Source of the DNA: a bacterium
GTDB taxonomy: Bacteria; UBA8248
Length of the DNA: 64,000 nucleotides
Direction: 5' to 3'
NCBI GenBank assembly: GCA_965203325.1
Contig: OZ241875.1
Span: 1,248,001 to 1,312,000 of the forward strand
The position numbers and the translations under genes are program-made. The notes under the pieces were generated by a model. The model was not told the DNA's origin, did no database searches, and worked only from the letters and a program-made list of their open reading frames with translations. Shown piece after piece: positions 1 to 8,785 of the stretch (its first letter is position 1; every line of letters starts with the position of its first letter).

Positions 1-1
1 A

Positions 2-1534
2 AACAGCTATCCAAGAATCTGGCTCCAGGCTCTGATGGCGGTTGCTTGTGAAGCTGATGATCCTGGTTGGGCTAGCAAGCTGACTGAGCAAGACGCCAAA
101 CTCGCCGCGCGCATTTCCATGCTGGAATTGAACGGTTTCGCTTCGTATTTCCCTGCCCTTGAAAAAGCAAAGCCGGACGCGGTTTGCGAGGTAATCATCG
201 AAGAACTCGCGGCGCAAATTTCACTGATGCCTGAAAGTAGCGAATGTCCGTTGCTGCACACTCTGAATTTTTACGGGACGGACAAAATCAAGAAAGAGGT
301 GGCTGATTTCCTTGGAAAGGCTCTCGCCGACTGGCCGTGCGAGATGACGAACCAAATCCGGGATGCGTTAGGATATTCCGCTGGGCTGATCGCCGATTTT
401 GGTTCAGTTGCCACCGTAAAAACTGCATCATCCCACGCGGCACATCACCTGAAAAAGGCAGACCTCACCATCGAAGACAAGGCGGCGTGGTTGCGGACCT
501 TGATGGCGCTCGATACTGCCGATGGGTGTCGCCATGTACTGCAGGCAACCACCGATCTCGAAGACGAAACCGACGCGGCAGATGCCGTTTTGATCTTCGG
601 CACAGTGTTCGGGGATCGGTACAATACCGGAAGCAGACCGAATTTCTCGTCAATACCAATCGAAGAGAGATCGGACATTCTTTTTCAACTCGTCATTCAC
701 GCTTTCGAAGTCGTTCACCCATCATCAGATATCCGACACGATGGCGTGTTCTCTCCTGGTGCTCGCGACCATGCCGAAGGAGCGCGGAGTTTCTTGTTTG
801 AACAACTCGTAGAATTGGGTGGACAACAGACCCATGATAAATTACTCCGACTCGCCGGCATGGATAATTTCGCGCACATGAAAGATCGCTTGCGTCAAAT
901 GGCCATAGAAGTTGCCGCGAAAGCAAGCGAACCGGAGCCAATGCCGCTTAATGTTTTCCGCTCTCTCGATGAAGAACAGAATTTGATCCCAACCGACAAT
1001 CAATCTATGCACAAAATGATGCTTAACCGGCTGGCCGATTTCCTAGACTTCGTCAAAGAAAGCGAGTTTTCCAACAAAAAAACTCTTCAACTCGTAAAAG
1101 AAGAACTAGAAATGCGCCGGAATATTGCCGGCTGGCTCGACAATAAAAGTCGTGGTGCCTATACAGTGACTCAGGAAGCTGTGAAAGTAGGAGAAAAGCG
1201 CACCGACATAAGGCTGACATCAACATATAAGTATAAAGTTATCGAAGCCGTAATTGAGCTTAAGCTGGATGATAATAGTAGTCGATGGAGTGGTTCACTA
1301 CTGGAAGAAGCCTTAAGAAACCAACTTGTGGGGAAGTATCTAAGCCACGAACGGTGTCGTTCCGGTTGCCTGCTGATCTGTATGCGAGAATATCGCAAAT
1401 GGACAAATCCTAATAGCGGCAAAAGGATGAGTCTGACCGAAACAGTTGATTGGCTACAAGGAATAGCAGACGAGATTATGGAAGAAAGGCCTGAACTCTT
1501 GATCGCAGTAAGAGGACTGGATCTGTCGCTTTAA
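2..1534 (+). CDS. 5'-truncated large protein with C-terminal PD-(D/E)XK-type nuclease domain (likely defence protein)
   Basis: Frame is open from position 2 (NSYPRIWLQALM...). Helical body followed by C-terminal motif QE...EKRTDIRL...VIELK. Lies in the low-GC island. Confidence 0.6.
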   Translation, partial: NSYPRIWLQALMAVACEADDPGWASKLTEQDAKLAARISMLELNGFASYFPALEKAKPDAVCEVIIEELAAQISLMPESSECPLLHTLNFYGTDKIKKEVADFLGKALADWPCEMTNQIRDALGYSAGLIADFGSVATVKTASSHAAHHLKKADLTIEDKAAWLRTLMALDTADGCRHVLQATTDLEDETDAADAVLIFGTVFGDRYNTGSRPNFSSIPIEERSDILFQLVIHAFEVVHPSSDIRHDGVFSPGARDHAEGARSFLFEQLVELGGQQTHDKLLRLAGMDNFAHMKDRLRQMAIEVAAKASEPEPMPLNVFRSLDEEQNLIPTDNQSMHKMMLNRLADFLDFVKESEFSNKKTLQLVKEELEMRRNIAGWLDNKSRGAYTVTQEAVKVGEKRTDIRLTSTYKYKVIEAVIELKLDDNSSRWSGSLLEEALRNQLVGKYLSHERCRSGCLLICMREYRKWTNPNSGKRMSLTETVDWLQGIADEIMEERPELLIAVRGLDLSL

Positions 1535-1700
1535 TATGCTCTTGTGGTCGATTACATCAACACTTGCGTTGTTCATCAGCGGCTCATAAACGTGTAATCC
1601 CCCGTATCGAGGTTACATATCTGGATGTGGTTAAAAACAATTTCCATAATGTTAAATTCACTGAAAAGGGGATTTTCTGCATATATAGTATACTTTGGGG

Positions 1701-1728
1701 TTGCCAGAAATTTCTGTGACAGTATAAT
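1701..1728 (+). promoter_or_regulatory. Sigma70-like promoter of abiE operon with palindromic operator candidate
   Basis: TTGCCA (1701-1706), 16 bp, TATAAT (1723-1728). Perfect palindrome CAGAAATTTCTG at 1705-1716. Confidence 0.55.
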
Positions 1729-1774
1729 ATATTAACGATAATTCACGTATTTCGCGATTAAATGTAGGTGTAAT

Positions 1775-2587
1775 ATGGGTGCGATTGAGACAACAATACC
1801 ACGGGGGAGGCTCAAACTCGTAGCCGTACTCCGGAATAGCGGTGATGTCATTCAGATTGATGATGTTGTTTCTACACTTTCCATCGGGCGGCCAGAGGCC
1901 GCTAAATTACTCTCACGCTGGACAAGTCAGGGCTGGCTAAGACGGGTCGGTCCGGGAGTTTACATCGCTGCCCAGTTGGATTCGCTCGCAAGCGAACATG
2001 TCTTAGTTGACCCTTGGGTGCTCGTCCCCGCTTTGTATGCGCCTGCTTATATCGGGGGGTGGAGCGCTGCGGAACATTGGGACCTCACCGAGCAGTTGTT
2101 TCGACAAATTCTCGTCATGACCACTCAGACAGTTCGCGAGAAGTGCCAGATACGCCACGGAGCGCATTTCATGTTGCGCCACGTACAGGAGCGAAAACTC
2201 TTTGGCACCAAATCGCTTTGGCGTGGCCGGTCGAAAGTGTTGATTTCCGACGCTCATCGCACGATTGTCGACATGCTCGACGAGCCCTCCGTCGGTGGCG
2301 GGATTCAGCACGTAAGCGATTGTTTGGGCGCCTATCTGCGGCGCGTTGATCGAAACGACGATATGCTGATCAGCTACGCTGAAAGGCTAGGCAACGGCGC
2401 GGTCTTCAAGCGCCTCGGATTTCTGGCCGAGAAACATACCGCCGCGGAGGCTCTGGCCGATTCTTGCCGGATCCGGTTGACGGAGGGGAACGCCAAGCTC
2501 GACCCTGCATTGGAATGCTCCCGCCTGCTCTCAAAATGGCGTCTGTGGGTTCCCAAAAACTGGGGAACAGGAGTGGCAGATGATTGA
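1775..2587 (+). CDS. abiEi: Type IV toxin-antitoxin antitoxin, AbiEi family transcriptional regulator
   Basis: N-terminal wHTH (L..W...GWL.RV..GVY), YIGGWSAAEHWDLTEQ, SD..RTIVD, KRLGFL. Overlaps the start of the toxin gene. Confidence 0.85.
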   Translation: MGAIETTIPRGRLKLVAVLRNSGDVIQIDDVVSTLSIGRPEAAKLLSRWTSQGWLRRVGPGVYIAAQLDSLASEHVLVDPWVLVPALYAPAYIGGWSAAEHWDLTEQLFRQILVMTTQTVREKCQIRHGAHFMLRHVQERKLFGTKSLWRGRSKVLISDAHRTIVDMLDEPSVGGGIQHVSDCLGAYLRRVDRNDDMLISYAERLGNGAVFKRLGFLAEKHTAAEALADSCRIRLTEGNAKLDPALECSRLLSKWRLWVPKNWGTGVADD

Positions 2588-4031
2588 CAGGCGCGAGATC
2601 ATCGATGCGGCGACTGCTCTTGGGCTCAATCCACACGTCGTCGAGAAGGACTACGTTCTCGGATGGCTGTTATGGGGCATTTATAACAACGAGACAATCG
2701 GCAAAAATTGGATATTCAAGGGCGGCACCTGCCTGAAAAAATGCTTTTTCGAGACCTATCGGTTTTCCGAAGACCTCGACTTCACGCTCACCGATTCCGC
2801 ACACATCAATGAAAATTTCCTGCAAACTGTATTTGCGGAGATCAGTGAACGTATTTACGAGCAAACCGGGATCGAACTGCCGCTGGATTTCCAACAATTC
2901 GATATTCACACAAACCCCCAAGGCGGAGAATCCTGTTCAGGCAGGATAGGGTATCAGGGCCCGGTGTCGCCGCGCGGCCAAAACATGCCGCGAGTAAAAC
3001 TCGATCTAACAGCCGACGAGCGCGTGGTGCTACCACCGGTGCAATTACAGGTCTTTCATCCTTACAGCGATGTCCCCGAAGATGGCATTTTCATCCAATC
3101 CTACGTGTACGAGGAGGCGTTTGGTGAGAAGGTCAGGGCGCTCGCCGACCGTGCGCGACCCCGGGATTTATATGATGTGATCAACTTGTTCCGTAATGCC
3201 GAAGCACGGCCCACCGCCGCCGTCCTCTTCGATGTCCTTCTCCAGAAGTGCGAGTTCAAGAACATGGACTTTCCGGTTCTTGCTCATCTGGAACCGCACC
3301 GCCCTCTTCTTGAAGGTGGCTGGGACCAGATGCTAGCGCACCAGTTGCCCGCCCTGCCACAATTCGACACATTCTGGGACGAATTGCCGACTTTTTTGCA
3401 ATGGCTTGAAAGCGGTGTGGCACCGAAAGTTCCTGCTGCCTACGTCGGAGCGGTGGACGAGGAGACTATCCGTGAGCACACATTGCGCCTGCCAGTTTCC
3501 AGCAAGGTTCAGTCTTACCTCGAAATCATCCGTTTTGCTGCTTCAAACCTGCTTTGTGTCGACCTTCGCTATCAAGGCTCAACAAGGCGCATTGAACCCT
3601 ATTCACTTCGACGTACCAAGGAAGGCAATATCATACTACATGCCCACAACTTGAATAAAAACGAGCACCGCAGCTACCGAATCGATCGTATTCAAGGAGC
3701 GCAAGTAACTAACCAAACCTTCAAACCCCGGTTTGCGATTGAACTGACTCCCACCGGTCCGCTCGCTATTACTCCCACAGTGCACCTGGGTATATCACGG
3801 TCAATACGGGGCAGTAGGAAACTCACAAGAGCACCACGACACAGGTCGCGTCATGTCCGCCGAATGGGCAAATCCAATCGCTCGAGTGGACCAACCTTTG
3901 TTTATGAGTGCAGCTATTGTGGCAAACGGTTTTCACGCAAGAAGCGAACTCACTCGCTCAACCCGCACAAAAACAAAAATGGCTATCCTTGTCCCGGTCG
4001 ATACGCATACTGGGTGGACACACGGTATTAG
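2580..4031 (+). CDS. abiEii: AbiEii/AbiGii nucleotidyltransferase toxin fused to WYL domain and C-terminal Cys/His Zn-finger-like tail
   Basis: VEKDY, FKGGTCLKK, YRFSEDLDFT, EKVRAL..R..PRDLYD. Then LRY...RRIEPYSL...RSYRIDRIQ (WYL) and ECSYCG...H...C. Confidence 0.85.
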   Translation: MIDRREIIDAATALGLNPHVVEKDYVLGWLLWGIYNNETIGKNWIFKGGTCLKKCFFETYRFSEDLDFTLTDSAHINENFLQTVFAEISERIYEQTGIELPLDFQQFDIHTNPQGGESCSGRIGYQGPVSPRGQNMPRVKLDLTADERVVLPPVQLQVFHPYSDVPEDGIFIQSYVYEEAFGEKVRALADRARPRDLYDVINLFRNAEARPTAAVLFDVLLQKCEFKNMDFPVLAHLEPHRPLLEGGWDQMLAHQLPALPQFDTFWDELPTFLQWLESGVAPKVPAAYVGAVDEETIREHTLRLPVSSKVQSYLEIIRFAASNLLCVDLRYQGSTRRIEPYSLRRTKEGNIILHAHNLNKNEHRSYRIDRIQGAQVTNQTFKPRFAIELTPTGPLAITPTVHLGISRSIRGSRKLTRAPRHRSRHVRRMGKSNRSSGPTFVYECSYCGKRFSRKKRTHSLNPHKNKNGYPCPGRYAYWVDTRY

Positions 4032-4043
4032 AAGGTAATAGAT

Positions 4044-5567
4044 GTGCGAATACTTCATATTTTTCCTGACACGAATCTGTTCATTCAGTGTCGCCCTTTA
4101 CATGAACTCGACTGGTCCAAATGGGCTGAGTTCGACGAGGTTCATCTGCTTGTCTGCCGCCCGGTTCAGCGTGAAATCGACAATCAGAAAGCTAGGGGAA
4201 ACGATCGTGTCGGCACAAAAGCACGCTCAACTTACAAATTGTTTCGAGAAATCATCCTCAGCGAGCAAGACTATAAGTTAATTCAGGAAGCAAAGCCTCG
4301 TATCAAGTTGCTTCTAGCAGTATCCTACTTGCCCAATCCCAAGCTTGCGGACAACCTCGATTACAATAAAGTCGATGATGAGATTGTCGGTTGTGTCCAT
4401 ACCTATAGGGAGCAGAACCCGGGTTTTGATGTGCAACTGCTCACCCACGACAGTGGGCCAATGACGAGTGCAAAAATGCTTTCTCTGCCATTTACTCCGA
4501 TTCCGGACGACTGGTTGCTTCAACCGGAAAACAGCCGTGCCGAGCGGGAAAATCAACAACTGAAAGAAGAGTTAGCGCGACTTAAAAAGACTGAGCCTCA
4601 TTTCACTATTTATTGTCTCAACGAAGAAAAGAATGAAACCGACTCTTTGGTATTTGAGTGGCCAGTTTATAAACCACTAGCTGAGGAGAAAATCTCCAGA
4701 TACATGGATTCGTTGAAAGCGCGGTTTCCGCTGGCCACGGATTTCGGGCCGAGAGAGTCGATGGAGCGTGCAGCCTCGGGAATGATGGATAGGTTTTTAG
4801 GTGTGAAAGAAGTGTTTACACCTGCATCAGATGAAAAAATAACTGCTTACACAGAAACGGATTACCCAGCATGGGTCGAACAATGTGAGAAGATTCTGCG
4901 CCATCTTCATATTTTGAAGCAAGAAGCCCATACGGAAATTTTTACATTTTCTGCATTGAATGAAGGGACCAGACCTGGAAAGGATGCTCTGATAACGATC
5001 TCGGCAAAAGGCAACTTTAAAATCAGACCACCCCAGGTGAAAGACACCGATGAAGATGAAAGCAGGCAAGATGATTCAGAGGAAATGCAATCACTTCCTC
5101 TGCCACCAAAACCGCCAGAAGGTACATGGGCCACATTAAAAAATTTTCTTCACCCGCACGGTCTAACCCGTTTTTCCGCTGGCCGTAGCGCGCTTGCTGG
5201 CTCAGAGTCGTTACATCATATTCCTCCTCTTGGCCATTCAAATTTTCGGCGTGATCCAAATAAGTTTTATTATAAGTCCGGTCGCTCCGTTATGCCTGTA
5301 GCATCGTTCAGCCTCGAATGTGAACAGTGGCGTCATGGTACAGACGCAGAATATTTTGAAGGCGAGTTCTATCTTGATCAGAACACTCACGAAATTAGTG
5401 GTGCTCTCGAATGTCAAATCCACGCAGAAAACCTTTCAGCTCCCGCCAAGAAAATAGTTCCAGTAAGAGGCACAGCCAGAACTGCAAGTATTTGTAAGCG
5501 TGCGAACACGCTGATTGAAGACCTGTTAAACCGTGCAGATCGACTCGGGTTCAAATCACTTCAATAA
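4044..5567 (+). CDS. PIN-domain protein with coiled coil and uncharacterised C-terminal domain
   Basis: FPDTNLF...VQREID...DDEIV...LLTHD acidic PIN tetrad. GTG start with AGAAGG upstream. Confidence 0.7.
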   Translation: MRILHIFPDTNLFIQCRPLHELDWSKWAEFDEVHLLVCRPVQREIDNQKARGNDRVGTKARSTYKLFREIILSEQDYKLIQEAKPRIKLLLAVSYLPNPKLADNLDYNKVDDEIVGCVHTYREQNPGFDVQLLTHDSGPMTSAKMLSLPFTPIPDDWLLQPENSRAERENQQLKEELARLKKTEPHFTIYCLNEEKNETDSLVFEWPVYKPLAEEKISRYMDSLKARFPLATDFGPRESMERAASGMMDRFLGVKEVFTPASDEKITAYTETDYPAWVEQCEKILRHLHILKQEAHTEIFTFSALNEGTRPGKDALITISAKGNFKIRPPQVKDTDEDESRQDDSEEMQSLPLPPKPPEGTWATLKNFLHPHGLTRFSAGRSALAGSESLHHIPPLGHSNFRRDPNKFYYKSGRSVMPVASFSLECEQWRHGTDAEYFEGEFYLDQNTHEISGALECQIHAENLSAPAKKIVPVRGTARTASICKRANTLIEDLLNRADRLGFKSLQ

Positions 5568-5745
5568 ACTGCCTCTTCAGTGCGCCACTAACTAGCCCCT
5601 ACTACCTATGCAACTATTTAGCTCATCTCAATCCGAGAATACGATACAAGCGAAGTATAGCTTTCGTATCAACGTCCTTTGGCTATTGACGCCAACTAAT
5701 TGTGCGTTAATATTTGAGTTTATCCAATAAGCGTGGAGTCTTCAT

Positions 5746-7947
5746 ATGCATCGTGAAAGACTACAACTTGCTTTGGAACGACTGCCTCCTGAGCAATGGA
5801 AACGATTCGAAGAGTTTGCGTCGGAGTTTTTGGCAATTCTCGATCCGAATCATAGGACTGTCGCTTCGCCTTCTGGAGATGGGGGCCGTGATGCACAACT
5901 CTTTTCACCGGATGGGCAAGTCAAAATAGTTTTTCAATATTCTGTCACGAAAAAATGGGAATCGAAAATCCGCGAGACGGCCAAAAGAATTTCTGAGACA
6001 TTTCCCAAAACTCGGATATTACGCTACGTCACTAACCAATCAATCTTATCTGCCGCTGATACACTCAAGACAGAGATATTAGACAATCATGATTTGGTTC
6101 TCGACATTTATGATCGTCATTGGTTTCTTGAACGATTAAATGTAGACGAAGGTCTGGAAGCGGCTGCTGAATCCCTTGCAAAACTGATCGTCGATCCATA
6201 TTTAGCAGGCAAAGAAGTTTTAAAGCATTCAGCTCCGACTCTGTCTACAACTGAGTATCAGGCTGCACTTACCTTTCTCCAACTCCAAAGGGAAGATGAC
6301 ATACGCGAAAAAGGCCTCACTCGGCTTTCGTTCGAAGCACTAGTCAGAGCAGTCTTGAGAAATAGCCACAGTGAAGCGAGAGTGTCAAGGACTGTGATTC
6401 ATGACCACATCCGCAAAATGCTCCCAAGCCATGATCGAGTGCGTGTCAGTGAATTAGTAGATTCTGCTCTCGGGAGGTTGACCAAAAGGTCTATTCGACA
6501 TTGGACTAAAGACGATGAATTCTGTCTTACAGCTACCGAGGCGGAGCGCGTCAGAGAGCGACTGGCGGAAATTGAGGTTGCCAATACAACTTTAGATTCC
6601 GAAATACTGTCAACGCTTCAAGGCTATGACTGTGGTCCAGTTGAAACCGAATTACTCTGTGAACTCACTCGCGCAGCAATAAACCGCTATTTATTTGATC
6701 GTGGTGAAGCGTTCGTTGATGCTATCACCAATAATAAATTAGAAACTCTCGGCCCTGATGAACTGCAGCATTCCATCGAATACGTCACCAACTCTGAATT
6801 AACGGATTGTACTCCAAAGGATAAGCAACATGCTGGCAAAGTCATATTGATGTCTATGATAGATTTATTCACGGAACCATCTAAAGAAGTTCAAAGTCAT
6901 CTCCGCTCGAAGGCTGACGCATATACCCTTTTGGCTTTCCTTGGGCAAACACCGGATGCCCAAGCTGCAGTATCCAAGATGTTCTCCCATGGTTCTATCT
7001 GGTTAGATACAACGATTGTGCTTCCCATATTTGCTGAGCAACTGATGGCAAATGGGTATGGCCGGTTCACACAAATGTTGAAGATAGCATCGTCGGCCGG
7101 GTTAAATCTTAGAATTACTTCTGGAGTTATCGAAGAAGTTGAGAGACATATGAATCGATGTTTGGCTTATGTCCATACGGGGCATGCTGAATGGGTTGGC
7201 AGGATACCTTTTTTGATTGACGCATACATGCGTTCGGGGCGGGACCCCATGTCGTTTGCTTCTTGGATAGAATATTTTAGGGGGCATGAACGCCCGGAGG
7301 ATGATCTCGCCGAATACCTCGCAGAGTTTTTCAGCATTGCACGTGAGGACCTTGAAGAAGATGAAAAGAAGGCGGCTGATCACGTAAGGTTTGCCGTTCA
7401 AGAAACATGGCATGAATTACACACTAAGCGGAGAAATACTCATCTATCAGACCTTGATGAAATCACCGTGCAAAGGTTAGTGAAACATGATGTTGAGAAC
7501 TATCTTGGCGTGGCAGAGCGAAGGCGCAATGAAGACGCGTCACCGTTTGGATATTCTGCTTGGTGGCTCACGTTGGACCGCGTTGCTTTTGAAGTTGACA
7601 AGAGAATTATGAAGACACTTAAGAATGACGCACCATCAACACCTGTTATGAGCGCAGATTTTCTAGTCAACTATCTTTCGATTGGACCTATTCGTTCTCA
7701 GATAACAAAGTCTACTGAGTCAATCCTCCCGGTAGTGCTGGATGTGGGAATGCTCAATGAATTACCCCCAGATTTGTTGGACGAGGCTGAGCGAATTCGC
7801 CGAGAAGCCAGTGACCTCCCTGAACATGTTGTTCGACGTCGAGTTCGGGACTATCTTGATGCTGCAAAACGTCAACGAGGTCGCATTGTAGATGAAGGAG
7901 TCCAACCGGTTTTGGACGATATAAGTCGCGACGCTAATTCAGATTAA
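5746..7947 (+). CDS. Hypothetical defence protein: N-terminal restriction-endonuclease-like domain plus PIN-like domain
   Basis: FEEF...GDGGRDA...FQYS at the N-terminus. IWLDTTIVLP...VIEEV...HD in the second half. Confidence 0.55.
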   Translation: MHRERLQLALERLPPEQWKRFEEFASEFLAILDPNHRTVASPSGDGGRDAQLFSPDGQVKIVFQYSVTKKWESKIRETAKRISETFPKTRILRYVTNQSILSAADTLKTEILDNHDLVLDIYDRHWFLERLNVDEGLEAAAESLAKLIVDPYLAGKEVLKHSAPTLSTTEYQAALTFLQLQREDDIREKGLTRLSFEALVRAVLRNSHSEARVSRTVIHDHIRKMLPSHDRVRVSELVDSALGRLTKRSIRHWTKDDEFCLTATEAERVRERLAEIEVANTTLDSEILSTLQGYDCGPVETELLCELTRAAINRYLFDRGEAFVDAITNNKLETLGPDELQHSIEYVTNSELTDCTPKDKQHAGKVILMSMIDLFTEPSKEVQSHLRSKADAYTLLAFLGQTPDAQAAVSKMFSHGSIWLDTTIVLPIFAEQLMANGYGRFTQMLKIASSAGLNLRITSGVIEEVERHMNRCLAYVHTGHAEWVGRIPFLIDAYMRSGRDPMSFASWIEYFRGHERPEDDLAEYLAEFFSIAREDLEEDEKKAADHVRFAVQETWHELHTKRRNTHLSDLDEITVQRLVKHDVENYLGVAERRRNEDASPFGYSAWWLTLDRVAFEVDKRIMKTLKNDAPSTPVMSADFLVNYLSIGPIRSQITKSTESILPVVLDVGMLNELPPDLLDEAERIRREASDLPEHVVRRRVRDYLDAAKRQRGRIVDEGVQPVLDDISRDANSD

Positions 7948-8112
7948 GGCCTATACATCGGAGAAAGCTGGGGCGGGTAGCGACCAAATATTTACTATAT
8001 TCTAACACTCCGCTTAAAACTATCTCCCCCCCTAAAAATCGGACTCCAGTATCCACTCGACTGTGCCCAGGCGTTCGCCGATGTAGGCCCCACCACCCGT
8101 CACCATATAAAG

Positions 8113-8276
8113 ATTACCCATGTGCCTAGACGACGCTAGAATACGAGTACACTGTCCGATGTTCGTCACGTACTCAGGCCAAGGTACACATGGCTCTCTT
8201 CGAGTTCATCGAAGACCACTACAACCTGAAACACCGATGTTCCGTCCTGAACTGTCTTGCCCCCAACGACTCCTAG
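8113..8276 (+). pseudogene. IS3-family transposase C-terminal remnant
   Basis: Translates as ...MALFEFIEDHYNLKHRCSVLNCLAPND*, matching the IS3 OrfB tail FEYIE.FYN..R.HS.L.Y.SP. Confidence 0.6.
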
Positions 8277-8710
8277 TGGACCGCGCCGCGAATGCCACCA
8301 AAGAGGCTGAGCACAAACTTACGTTTCACTGCACTGACGTATTACCCCAAGCAAATCGTTGCAGTCTGGACTTTGGAGGATACTTCTGACACGGGTAAAC
8401 ATTCAGTCGTGAGGGTATCGCGGTAAAGAAAGAAATGGCCCAAACCGACCACGCCGTGCAATAATAACAATCGCTCCGGCATCCGCGAAGTACTTCACCC
8501 CACGGTTTAACGCTTTCCGACAGAGATGCTCTAAGATACGTGGGAGTTATATTTCATCCGCATCCGTTTTGATTACGTACTGCAGAAACCGAGTCCCCAA
8601 CGAAACTCGCAAAATAGAAATACCTGCAATATTTTCAACAAACTCCAAGCATCCCACCGCCGCTGAAAATCCCCCACCCTCTCTATACACGCGGGAGAGC
8701 GGGATGCGCG

Positions 8711-8731
8711 CCCCCTCCCGCCGGGAGGGGG
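8711..8731. terminator. GC hairpin/palindrome downstream of autotransporter
   Basis: CCCCCTCCCG-C-CGGGAGGGGG. No clear U-tract. Confidence 0.3.
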
Positions 8732-8785
8732 ACCGCGATGAAGCGGGCCGGGAGGGACGGCCTGCGCTTCCCCGTGGGTCCGTCC

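Noticed and set aside
8404..8490. Minus-strand fragment IIARRGRFGPFLSLPRYP resembling a topoisomerase C4 Zn-ribbon
   Set aside because: Too short and the cysteines are missing. At most decayed debris at the island edge.
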